Source: Anaerolineales bacterium
Lineage (GTDB): Bacteria > Chloroflexota > Anaerolineae > Anaerolineales > Villigracilaceae
Assembly (NCBI GenBank): GCA_016789365.1
Contig: JAEURH010000002.1
Coordinates: forward strand, 27,007 to 91,006
Length of the DNA stretch: 64,000 nt
Reading direction: 5' to 3'
In this document: piece after piece, positions 29,532-38,531 of the stretch
Position numbering within the stretch: the stretch's first letter is position 1
Layout of the letters: each line of letters begins with the position of its first letter
Notes under the pieces: model-generated
The model's database searches: none
What the model was told of the DNA's origin: nothing
The model's input: only the letters and a program-made list of their open reading frames with translations
Translations under genes and position numbers: made by a program

Positions 29532-30800
29532 ATGAAAAGTTTTCTCGGTTACAAATGTTCACTTTGTGGAACAGAATATTTGCAAGGTCAGGTGACATAT
29601 ACCTGCCCGCAAGATGGTGGGAATTTGGATGTTGTGCTTGATTTTGAATCAATCAAGAAAAAATTTCAACCTGAAGATATTACTTCCAGAACCGAAAACT
29701 CTCTTTGGAGATATTTGCCTCTTTTACCAGTGGGTGAGCCTGCTGGTCATTCAACGCCATTACACGTTGCAGGTTGGACTCCTGTTTTTGCTTTACCACG
29801 TTTGGCAGAAAAATTAAACCTCAAACATCTTTGGCTCAAAGATGAATCACGAAACCCAACGGCTTCATTCAAAGACCGAGCAAGTGCTATTGTTGTCACT
29901 CGTGCTCAAGAAATCAAATCTGAAATTGTGGTCACTGCTTCCACTGGCAATGCAGGCGCGGCGTTAGCAGGTATGGCGGCGGCGGTAAATCAAAAAGCAA
30001 TTATCTTTGCGCCCAAGTCTGCGCCGCAAGCCAAAGTTGCCCAATTGCTTGTCTTTGGGGCGAAAGTTATTTTAATAGATGGCAGTTATGATGATGCATT
30101 CGATTTAACCGCCAAAGCCGCGAATGAATTTGGTTGGTATTGTCGAAACACGGGCTATAATCCATTTACATTAGAAGGGAAGAAGACTGCCGCATTTGAA
30201 ATTTGGGAATGGTGGATAGAAGCACATCGTGACTGGCATCAGCAAGACAAAACTTTAGACGCTCATCCGCCACTGACAATTTTTGTATCTGTAGGCGATG
30301 GCAATATCATTTCTGGAATCCATAAAGGCTTCAAAGATTTATTAGCATTAGGTTGGATTCAAAATATGCCTAGAATCATTGGCGTGCAAGCGGAGGGTTC
30401 ATCTGCCATTACAAATGCGTTTCATGCACATACAGAAACAATTACACCTGTTTCTGCTACCACAATTGCAGACAGCATTTCAGTAGATTTACCTCGTGAT
30501 GGTGTGCGTGCTATTCGCGCGACAAAAGAAACAAACGGAACGTATATCACGGTAACTGACGAAGAAATTTTGGGAGCCATTGCCGAACTTGGCAGGGTTG
30601 GAGTCTTTGCAGAACCTGCCGGGGCGACTGCCTATGCTGGGTTGGTGAAGTCAACAAGTATGGGCGTAGTGCGAAGCGATGACCCAATCTTGGTGTTAAA
30701 CACAGGCAGTGGATTGAAAGACGTTCGTGCGGCAATGCAGGCGGTACAATCTGCCCCAATTATTGAACCTACTTTAGAAGCGGTGAAAAAAATATTATGA
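29532..30800 (+). CDS. Threonine-synthase-like fold-type II PLP enzyme
   Basis: N-terminal CxxC zinc-ribbon-like segment, NPTASFKDR (PLP Lys), ASTGNAG, VGDGNII and TGSGLK. Confidence 0.85.
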   Translation: MKSFLGYKCSLCGTEYLQGQVTYTCPQDGGNLDVVLDFESIKKKFQPEDITSRTENSLWRYLPLLPVGEPAGHSTPLHVAGWTPVFALPRLAEKLNLKHLWLKDESRNPTASFKDRASAIVVTRAQEIKSEIVVTASTGNAGAALAGMAAAVNQKAIIFAPKSAPQAKVAQLLVFGAKVILIDGSYDDAFDLTAKAANEFGWYCRNTGYNPFTLEGKKTAAFEIWEWWIEAHRDWHQQDKTLDAHPPLTIFVSVGDGNIISGIHKGFKDLLALGWIQNMPRIIGVQAEGSSAITNAFHAHTETITPVSATTIADSISVDLPRDGVRAIRATKETNGTYITVTDEEILGAIAELGRVGVFAEPAGATAYAGLVKSTSMGVVRSDDPILVLNTGSGLKDVRAAMQAVQSAPIIEPTLEAVKKIL

Positions 30801-31972
30801 AAAAACAAAAGCAACAATGGAGTGACTCTTTTCGTTATACGATGGGGGTGATTTGTTTTATTGCTGTTGTGGCATTTTTGATTTATGCCCGCGAAGCAAT
30901 AAAGATGTTAGTGATTGCTGGCTTTTCAGCATATCTGATTAGCCCTGCGGTGGCGTTCTTAATCGAAAAAACAAAGTTAACGCGAGCGGCGGCTGTGAAT
31001 ATTGTTTATTTCACTGCCATTATTTTTTTGGTAGTGGTACCCATTGGATTAACTCCAGTTTTTTTTGAAGAAATTCAAATTGTGGTTAAAGATTTGCTTA
31101 ACGTGACAACCGAATTAAGTGAAGCGCTTTCAGAACCGATTCAATTTGCAGGGCTTGAATTTCATTTTGAAGAATTAGGTGATAGCATTGGGCATTGGCA
31201 AGAAACTGTGCTAACGCCCTTACCAGCAGAAGCCTTAGAATTGTTGGAAGCCACAACGATTAATATTTTATGGTTCTTGATTATTTTGGTAAGCGTTTAT
31301 CTCTTTATGATGGAATGGCCCCGCATCAAAGAATGGATGATTAACTTCGCATCTGAAAATTATCACGAAGATATGCGTGAGTTATACCGCCGTTTGCGAA
31401 ATGTGTGGATGGCATACCTGCGCGGACAAATTGTTTTGATGATTGTGGTGTGGATTGCTTTTACAATTGCGTGGGCAATTATTGGTATCCCTGGCGCATT
31501 GGTATTAGGGATTGCCGCTGGTTTATTTACTTTAGTGCCAGATGTAGGACCAACACTTGCGGCTTTGCTTGCGATTGCCGTTGCTTTGCTTGAAGGCTCA
31601 TCGTGGATACGAATTTCTCCTGACCCAAGCACAAATAATTTAATTGTGGCTGGCATTGTTTTTGTAACCTATGTTGTGCTTATTAATTTGAAAAACGCGC
31701 TGGTTCGCCCAATTATTATGGGGCGCAGTTTGCACATGAACGAAGGGCTGATATTTGTCGCTATCTTAATCGCAACTATTTTGGAAGGCATTATGGGCGC
31801 GTTGTTGATTGTGCCATTAATGGCTTCAACCTCTGTCATTATGGAATATTTGCGCCGCAGAATTTTGGGTTTGCCTCCATTTTTAGATGATGGTGAGAAT
31901 CAATTCAAAGTGCCAGAAGAAAAAATAAAACGCAAACGCGGACTTCGCCTTAGACGGAAAACAACTGAATGA
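30797..31972 (+). CDS. AI-2E family transporter
   Basis: AYLRGQ, LVPDVGP and RPIIMGRSL; typical TM pattern. Confidence 0.88.
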   Translation: MKKQKQQWSDSFRYTMGVICFIAVVAFLIYAREAIKMLVIAGFSAYLISPAVAFLIEKTKLTRAAAVNIVYFTAIIFLVVVPIGLTPVFFEEIQIVVKDLLNVTTELSEALSEPIQFAGLEFHFEELGDSIGHWQETVLTPLPAEALELLEATTINILWFLIILVSVYLFMMEWPRIKEWMINFASENYHEDMRELYRRLRNVWMAYLRGQIVLMIVVWIAFTIAWAIIGIPGALVLGIAAGLFTLVPDVGPTLAALLAIAVALLEGSSWIRISPDPSTNNLIVAGIVFVTYVVLINLKNALVRPIIMGRSLHMNEGLIFVAILIATILEGIMGALLIVPLMASTSVIMEYLRRRILGLPPFLDDGENQFKVPEEKIKRKRGLRLRRKTTE

Positions 31973-32907
31973 AAATTACTTACTCAATTATTGCACCAAT
32001 TTATAATGAAATAGATAACCTACCCGAACTCTATCGCCGCGTGAAAGAAGTGATGGACGCTTCAAACGAGACGTGGGAACTGATTCTTGTTGATGACGGC
32101 TCTACCGACGGTTCGACAGATAAAATCCGCGAACTTGCCAAGCAAGATAAAACGATTCGCCCTGTGATTTTTGCTCGCAATTTTGGACACATGGTAGCCA
32201 TCACCGCAGGCTGGGATTATGCTCGTGGCGATGCGGTTGTAATCATTGACGCAGACTTGCAAGACCCACCAGAAGTAATCCTTGAACTTGCTAAAAAATG
32301 GAAAGAAGGCTACGAAGTTGTGTACGCCGTGCGAAGCGAACGTGAGGGCGAAACTTGGTTTAAGAAAGTGACTGCTTCTTTGTTTTATCGCATCATTTAC
32401 AAAATTACCGATGTAAAAATTCCAGTAGATACTGGCGACTTCCGTTTGATGGATAGAAAAGTAGTCAACGTGCTTAAACAAATGAAAGAACGTCATCGCT
32501 TCCCACGCGGCATGTCTGCTTGGGTTGGCTTCAAACAAATCGGAGTGACATACAAGCGTGCCGCTCGTACAGCAGGTGTGACCAAATATCCATTTAACAA
32601 AATGCTACGCTTGGCTCTGAATGCTGTTACCAGTTTTTCATACTTCCCATTACAAGTTGCCACATTTTTTGGATTTATCTCAGCAGGTGTTGCAATTTTG
32701 GCTATTCCACTTGTCATTGTCCTTAGAATCGCTGGCTCCCACTTTTTTGAAGGTCAAACCACAACATTGATTTCAGTGTTGTTTCTTGGTGGTGTGCAAT
32801 TAATTTCACTTGGCATTCTCGGTGAATACATCGGTCGCTTGTACGACGAAGCTAAAGGTAGACCACTTTACATCGTCCGCGAAGAACCTGAAGATACTGA
32901 TAACTGA
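31969..32907 (+). CDS. GT2 polyprenyl-phosphate glycosyltransferase (GtrB/ArnC-like)
   Basis: VDDGSTD, RNFGH, DADLQDPP, GDFRLMDR, two C-terminal TM and GEYIGR...RPLY. Confidence 0.93.
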   Translation: MKITYSIIAPIYNEIDNLPELYRRVKEVMDASNETWELILVDDGSTDGSTDKIRELAKQDKTIRPVIFARNFGHMVAITAGWDYARGDAVVIIDADLQDPPEVILELAKKWKEGYEVVYAVRSEREGETWFKKVTASLFYRIIYKITDVKIPVDTGDFRLMDRKVVNVLKQMKERHRFPRGMSAWVGFKQIGVTYKRAARTAGVTKYPFNKMLRLALNAVTSFSYFPLQVATFFGFISAGVAILAIPLVIVLRIAGSHFFEGQTTTLISVLFLGGVQLISLGILGEYIGRLYDEAKGRPLYIVREEPEDTDN

Positions 32908-32926
32908 ATACTCATTACTGCTTACT
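32896..32926 (+). repeat. Heptamer array overlapping the GT2 stop codon
   Basis: ACTGATA ACTGAAT ACTCATT ACTGCTT ACT. Confidence 0.55.
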
Positions 32927-32935
32927 TCCCACAAC

Positions 32936-34294
32936 ATGAATCTATCCTTTCTCAAAGACCGTGTCTTCCTGCGTGAAGTGCTAACGATTGCGCTTCCAAT
33001 TTCATTTCAACAACTCATCAACGCTTCCCTCAACATGATAGACGTGCTCATGGTGGGGCAATTGGGTGAAGCATCTATCGCCGCGCTTGGTTTATCCAAT
33101 CAAGTATTTTTTGTTTTCATCCTTTTACTATTTGGTCTCACCAGCGGTATGGCAATTTTTGTGGCGCAATTTTGGGGCAAAGGTGAAGTGGAACCAATCC
33201 GCAAAGTGTTAGGCATGAGCATCGCAATTACATCTGCCATCGCATTAATTTTTACACTCATCACAACATTATTCCCTCATCGTGTGCTTGGCTTTTACAC
33301 CGAAGACCCTGAAGTCATCGCCATTGGTTCACGTTATCTACGCATTGTAGGGCTTTCATATATTGCGGTCGCAATTGCCACTTCATATATTGCTACATTA
33401 CGAAGTATCAAATTAATTAAACTAACAGTCATTGCTACAGTCTGTGCATTAATTTTCAAGACAACATTAGGATATATTTTGATTTTCGGGCATTTTGGAT
33501 TTCCTGCACTTGGAGTCGAAGGTGCGGCTATCGGCACCGCCTCAGGCTGGACCTTAGAATTGATTCTGCTCATCAGCCTTGTCTATACCCAAAAGACTCC
33601 ACTCGCTGTGAATCCATTAACATTCTTCACTTTTGATTTTGAATTTTTTACGCGCGTACTCAAAACCACATTACCTGCTTTAGCCAATGAATTGTTTTGG
33701 TCATTTGGAATCACTACCTATAATGCCATTTATGCCCGCATTGGCACAGATTCAATTGCGGCAGTTAACGTCAATGCTACGATTGAAGAACTTGGCTTTG
33801 TCGTCTTTATGGGCTTAGGTAATGCTTGTGCTGTGATGGTTGGGAATCGCATTGGCGCAGGTAAAAAAGATGAAGCCTATGAAACCGTTAGGCGTGTCAT
33901 TATCTTGAGCATCCTTGCCGCATGGGCGGTTGGTTTACTGGTTTTATTAGCCCGAGATACGGTTATCGGTTGGTATAACCTTTCACCCAGTGGCACATAT
34001 AACGTGCGCATGTTAATGCTAGCGATGGCGTGTGTATTATGGGTTCGTATGTTTAACTTCTGCACATTTATCGGTGCCTTACGTGCAGGCGGTGACACAC
34101 GCTTTGCTTTGTTTATGGAAATATGCTCAATATGGTTAATCGGAGTCCCCGCCGCGTATATTGGCGCATTTGTTTTGGAATTACCAGTTTATCTTGTCTA
34201 TCTCATGGTTGGTTTAGAAGAAGTTGCCAAAGCCTTCGTTAGTTTTTGGCGTTTCAGGTCTCGCAAATGGATTCATGATTTGGTGAATGAATAA
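32936..34294 (+). CDS. MATE family efflux transporter
   Basis: DVLMVGQLG, PALGVEGAAIGT and LRAGGDT; about 12 TM; start moved to the ATG at 32936. Confidence 0.92.
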   Translation: MNLSFLKDRVFLREVLTIALPISFQQLINASLNMIDVLMVGQLGEASIAALGLSNQVFFVFILLLFGLTSGMAIFVAQFWGKGEVEPIRKVLGMSIAITSAIALIFTLITTLFPHRVLGFYTEDPEVIAIGSRYLRIVGLSYIAVAIATSYIATLRSIKLIKLTVIATVCALIFKTTLGYILIFGHFGFPALGVEGAAIGTASGWTLELILLISLVYTQKTPLAVNPLTFFTFDFEFFTRVLKTTLPALANELFWSFGITTYNAIYARIGTDSIAAVNVNATIEELGFVVFMGLGNACAVMVGNRIGAGKKDEAYETVRRVIILSILAAWAVGLLVLLARDTVIGWYNLSPSGTYNVRMLMLAMACVLWVRMFNFCTFIGALRAGGDTRFALFMEICSIWLIGVPAAYIGAFVLELPVYLVYLMVGLEEVAKAFVSFWRFRSRKWIHDLVNE

Positions 34295-34300
34295 AAAAAC

Positions 34301-34374
34301 TAGCCACTGAGAACACAGAGGTCACAGAGATTTTTTTGAGGTTTTCTCAAAGGTCTCTGTGACCTCTGTGACTA
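34301..34374. repeat. Palindromic element or bidirectional terminator between convergent genes
   Basis: Perfect 17-bp IR: CACAGAGGTCACAGAGA (34314-34330) and TCTCTGTGACCTCTGTG (34354-34370), built from 9-nt units. Confidence 0.75.
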
Positions 34375-34379
34375 AAAAA

Positions 34380-35174
34380 TTAAGGTAATCCTTTATAGCC
34401 CTTTGCTTTCCAATCACTGAATCTTTTTCTGCCAATATCGGATAACAAAAGCGTCATTCCAAATGTAATTAAAATATTTGTAATAAAAAAGAATACAACT
34501 TCCTCTAGTGGCAAGATTCCAAAAAATAAAATGCCTGTGGTTTGGTCTTTGGCAATTGACCAAGTGGTATCCGTCAGCGCGACAATATCCATTAAGGAAA
34601 GATATGTTCCGGGGACGAAGATGCTCCAAAACACTAACTTGCGATAATGCCAAAGAATATCGGCGCCATACAAAAATTGTAAAGCAATCGGTGGCAATGC
34701 CCAAAACAAAGTGATAGATAAATAGGTAAGTGGTTTGTTATCAGTAAAGAAGATGTATGTAAAAATAATCCAAACGAAAATAAGCAAACCAGTAGATAAG
34801 TAGACAAGTTTTTTGTTTGGGACAAAATCATTTCGGGGGAGAGAAATGCGTCGGATTAAGAACCAAAACCAAAGTCCGCCAAGAAGCGTTTCTAAAACGA
34901 AGAATGTATATTCCTCGATGGGCACATATCCAAAGACGATGCCTGTCACCAAATCAGGGTTATAAAACCAAACGCCAGTAGCGACGAGATAATTATCCCA
35001 CGGGGTGGTGTAAGTGACGGCGAGAATAATATGCACGAGAATCGCAACCCACACGGCGCGACCATTTGCAAAGCCAATAGTGGGTTTATTTTTTTTGTTA
35101 TCCCAATATGTGATGAACAAAAAAATAATTATGGGGATAACCAGAAACCGAAGTAAAAAACCAAAATATGTCAT
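34380..35174 (-). CDS. Lycopene cyclase, fused two-domain CrtYc/CrtYd type
   Basis: Two repeats: YTTPWDNYLV..GVW.Y...VPIEEY.FF and D..A....W.I....GI....LPLEE..FF. Confidence 0.85.
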   Translation of the reverse strand: MTYFGFLLRFLVIPIIIFLFITYWDNKKNKPTIGFANGRAVWVAILVHIILAVTYTTPWDNYLVATGVWFYNPDLVTGIVFGYVPIEEYTFFVLETLLGGLWFWFLIRRISLPRNDFVPNKKLVYLSTGLLIFVWIIFTYIFFTDNKPLTYLSITLFWALPPIALQFLYGADILWHYRKLVFWSIFVPGTYLSLMDIVALTDTTWSIAKDQTTGILFFGILPLEEVVFFFITNILITFGMTLLLSDIGRKRFSDWKAKGYKGLP

Positions 35175-35231
35175 TTCTTTTCCTTTGCGCGTAGCCAAAT
35201 TAGGACTTACTTACCAATTACTATTTACTGA

Positions 35232-36515
35232 CTACTTCCTTCTCTCCACCTTCATCATCACACCTGGGCGTGGCTCCAAAGTTGCGCCCATGTGCGGATG
35301 AATTTTATGATTTGTAAATTCAAACGTGAAATTTTTTAATAAGCGAGATAAAACGACTCGCGCTTCCACTTGACCAAACGTTGCGCCGATACAAACGCGG
35401 GGACCGCCACCAAATGGAACATAACTTAGACCTGCGGGCTTTTTTCCATTTGAAAATCTTTCGGGGCAAAATGAATCTGCATTTTCCCAAACATTTTCAT
35501 CACGGTGGGTGAGATAGATGGAATAAAACAATCTTTCATCTTTTGGGATTTTATTGCCATCAAAATCCATCTCTTGTGCGATGCGGCGATTGCCAATGTG
35601 AATGGGTGGATACAACCGCAAACTTTCTTTAATAACATTATCTAATAATGGAACTCGTTCTATATCGTTTGTTTTATCAATTTCATTGACAACTTGTTGA
35701 TGAATTTCTGGATGTTGACCAAGCAAAGCAAATGTCCAAGCCAATAAAGCAGTGGATGTATCATGCCCAGCAATTAACATCGTCAGCATTTGGTCGCGGA
35801 TGACTTTGTCTGTTAAACCTGCATCAATGAGGTGTTGAAGTAAATCTTGTTGACCGCTGACCGCCGACGGCTGATTTTGGTCTGCGGTCTGTCGTCTGCG
35901 GTCTGTAATGATTTTGAATAAATAATCATCCAACGCTTTCAACGGCTTACGAAACCCCAAGCGTGGAATGTTTCGCCATAAAATCCATGCGCCCGGCGAA
36001 ATGTATTTAATGGATTTGAGTACAGGCTTCCAAATTTTGTCTAAATCATCCCAAACATTTTTGCTGAATAATGTGTCCATAATAATCAGCAAGGCGATTT
36101 TTCTACTTTCAACGAGCATATCTATAATTTCGCCATCATGCCATTGGGCAGAGACTTTGTCAGTGTGGTGAAGCATAAGGTTCAAGTACCCAGCCAGACG
36201 CGAGGCATGAAGCGATGGCTCCATCAATTTGCGATAATGGTCATGTTCTTCGCCATCTACAATCAAAACACCTTGACCTAATAAATCGGTAACAGGGTCT
36301 GTGTTGCGCCATAAAACTTTATCACGTTCGGTGACTAATATTTTTTTATTTGCATCCGCGCCAAAGACCACATACGGTTTGAACATTGGCAATGGGATTT
36401 GAAAAAAATATCCGAGATGGTTTGCTAAAATTTTTAACGGACCTAACGGAGATTTTTCTTTGAGAAAAGATTTTAATGAGGCGCGACCCAATTCGGGCGT
36501 AATTGTTTTTTTCAT
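35232..36515 (-). CDS. Cytochrome P450, candidate carotenoid hydroxylase
   Basis: AGHDTS (I helix), ESLR (ExxR), PERF and FGGGPRVCIG (heme Cys). Confidence 0.93.
   Translation of the reverse strand: MKKTITPELGRASLKSFLKEKSPLGPLKILANHLGYFFQIPLPMFKPYVVFGADANKKILVTERDKVLWRNTDPVTDLLGQGVLIVDGEEHDHYRKLMEPSLHASRLAGYLNLMLHHTDKVSAQWHDGEIIDMLVESRKIALLIIMDTLFSKNVWDDLDKIWKPVLKSIKYISPGAWILWRNIPRLGFRKPLKALDDYLFKIITDRRRQTADQNQPSAVSGQQDLLQHLIDAGLTDKVIRDQMLTMLIAGHDTSTALLAWTFALLGQHPEIHQQVVNEIDKTNDIERVPLLDNVIKESLRLYPPIHIGNRRIAQEMDFDGNKIPKDERLFYSIYLTHRDENVWENADSFCPERFSNGKKPAGLSYVPFGGGPRVCIGATFGQVEARVVLSRLLKNFTFEFTNHKIHPHMGATLEPRPGVMMKVERRK
35852..35906. repeat. Heptamer palindromic element in frame inside the P450 CDS
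   Basis: GACCGCT GACCGCC GACGGCT ... GGTCTGC GGTCTGT CGTCTGC GGTCTGT; encodes TDRRRQTADQNQPSAVSG. Confidence 0.7.
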
Positions 36516-37471
36516 TGTGTTAGAAAATTAATAACCGCTTGCATAAATTCATTTGGCTTTTCTTCGTGAGGCACATGCCCGCTTTGCGGAATGACAACGA
36601 GTTGCGCGTTTGGAATTTCGCTTGCTAAACGAATTGATTGCTCAGTTGGGACAATGCGGTCATCATCGCCAGTGATGATGAGAATAGGCAAATCAAAATT
36701 TTGTAATTGATTTTGTAACTCGCTTTCACGGCTGGAAACGGTTAAATACCACAGGGCTTTATCCCAATTTTCGGCTTGCAAAGGTTTGGTGTAACCATCC
36801 ATAATTTCATTTGTGATTTTGCTTGGGTCGTGCCATGCCATTTGAACAATTTCAGGTCCGCGCGTTTGAATTTGACGCGCAAATAATGGACCGAGATGAT
36901 TCATCTGCGGTGTGTTTAATAGCGGACGAATCCATGCTGGCGCGCCTCCGCCTTCATAGACGGCTGGGTCAACCAATATCAACGCTTCGACTCTTTCTGG
37001 ATGTTGTAGTGCTGTCAACATAGCGATTGTTCCGCCTGCTGAGTTTCCGACCAGAATCGCTTTTTCGATTCTTAATGTGTTCATCAAATGAATCAGCAAT
37101 TCAATTTGTGACGCTTGGCTATATGGATTTTCGCCTTCCCATTCCATTGGTCTTTCGGTTAATCCAAAAGCGGGTCTGTCATAAGCAATGACTGTACCAT
37201 AAGTGGAAAGCGGTTGTGTAATTTCATGCCATGAAAATAAACTTGCGCCAAAGCCGTGAAGCAAAATAAAAACTGTCTCGCCCTCGCCGTATATTTTGTA
37301 ATGCACTGTCAAATCATTAATTTCAACGAATTGACTATCAACGTCTGCTAGCGTTTCGATTGGCTTTGTATTTTCGAGCGGAGGAACAGGAATGAGAAAT
37401 GGTCCGACAAGTAAAACGGCTAATAGGATGATAAATACGTTTCGTAAAAAGCGAAGAAGTTTTTGTTTCAT
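36512..37471 (-). CDS. Membrane-anchored alpha/beta hydrolase
   Basis: LHGFG, GNSAGG nucleophile elbow, GDDDRIVP and GHVPHEE. Confidence 0.92.
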   Translation of the reverse strand: MKQKLLRFLRNVFIILLAVLLVGPFLIPVPPLENTKPIETLADVDSQFVEINDLTVHYKIYGEGETVFILLHGFGASLFSWHEITQPLSTYGTVIAYDRPAFGLTERPMEWEGENPYSQASQIELLIHLMNTLRIEKAILVGNSAGGTIAMLTALQHPERVEALILVDPAVYEGGGAPAWIRPLLNTPQMNHLGPLFARQIQTRGPEIVQMAWHDPSKITNEIMDGYTKPLQAENWDKALWYLTVSSRESELQNQLQNFDLPILIITGDDDRIVPTEQSIRLASEIPNAQLVVIPQSGHVPHEEKPNEFMQAVINFLTQ

Positions 37472-37481
37472 TGTTGTTAGA

Positions 37482-37519
37482 CCTCATCCCCTCTCCAACG
37501 GGAGAGGGCTAGGGTGAGG
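37482..37519. repeat. CCCTCACCC/CCCTCTCC-type palindromic element containing the upstream gene's stop codon
   Basis: Minus strand reads CCCTCACCC-TAG-CCCTCTCC-CGTT-GGAGAGGGGATGAGG. Confidence 0.65.
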
Positions 37520-38507
37520 GTTTCTTAAATTTATCTGCAATCCATAATCCAAGCCCAATCAAACCAGCGATGACAAATGCAACCAAATACTCAATGACTG
37601 GAATACGGACGGCTTCGGCTAACCCTTTGGCAATATCAAAGTTATAGACTAGCAACATGCTGACAACATAACCCAAACCGATTATCCAGCGGGTGAGGCG
37701 GGAGAGGTTAAGTCCGTGCATTTGTGTGACGACAAACATTGCCGCAAATCCAAACGTGAACATTTGCCAAATATTCGGCGCTTGGTAAATTGCAATCAAA
37801 AACGCATGTGGGATGACTGTAATTTCTTGCACTAACGTCCAATACTTATTGACGTGAATTTTGGTGAGAAATAAACTACTTTGTAACATCAACAAAAACA
37901 TATAAAAGAAACCTGCTAAATGACCAGGCGTGCTGACCATCGGGTGAAACCAAAACGTGTACACCACTGCCCATGCAAATAAATATCCGTGATATTTTCT
38001 GGCAAATGAAATAATTCTTTCGCTTAATGGTGCTTTATAACCAAAGAACATACCGCGTCGTTTATTTTCAATTATCAAAATGACACACAGCATCAAAATC
38101 ACAGAACCTTGTGACGAGAAAGAAGATACATCTTGTGCGAGGGCATCATACCAAATATGTGTTTGAATCAAATGCAACAAAATGAAAAAAGCATTCACAC
38201 CTAATGCCCATACATTGACGGGATGAATTCCAGAACTATATTTTTTCACTTTTGTTTGGGCATAATAAATTAATGCCCACAAAATAATTTGATGAATGGC
38301 GTAAAATCCCCAAGCGGTGATTTGCCCTGCGAAAGTGGAGTTTAGCAATTGCCAGTCGTAATCTCTAATTTCAAGCGCTTGAATTAAAACAAACTTGTCT
38401 AATAATGGATTCAAAATCCAAATTAAAAATGTAAAGATGGCGGAAAAAATTATCCCGCCCCATAATGCAGTATTTGCTGTATTTTTGTTGTTTAAGTTGT
38501 TTTCCAT
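37509..38507 (-). CDS. Uncharacterised His-rich polytopic membrane protein
   Basis: About 9 hydrophobic segments and 10 His (AIHQ, GIHP, LLHLIQTH, YHGY, FHPM, GHL, IHV, PHA, QMHG). Confidence 0.8.
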   Translation of the reverse strand: MENNLNNKNTANTALWGGIIFSAIFTFLIWILNPLLDKFVLIQALEIRDYDWQLLNSTFAGQITAWGFYAIHQIILWALIYYAQTKVKKYSSGIHPVNVWALGVNAFFILLHLIQTHIWYDALAQDVSSFSSQGSVILMLCVILIIENKRRGMFFGYKAPLSERIISFARKYHGYLFAWAVVYTFWFHPMVSTPGHLAGFFYMFLLMLQSSLFLTKIHVNKYWTLVQEITVIPHAFLIAIYQAPNIWQMFTFGFAAMFVVTQMHGLNLSRLTRWIIGLGYVVSMLLVYNFDIAKGLAEAVRIPVIEYLVAFVIAGLIGLGLWIADKFKKPSP

Positions 38508-38531
38508 GTTGTTATGTGTTCGTTTCCTAAT

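Noticed and set aside
37509-38507. Microbial rhodopsin next to carotenoid genes
   Set aside because: No helix-C RYxDW-type motif, no DxxxK/SxxxK retinal Lys in a last TM helix, and more than 7 hydrophobic segments.
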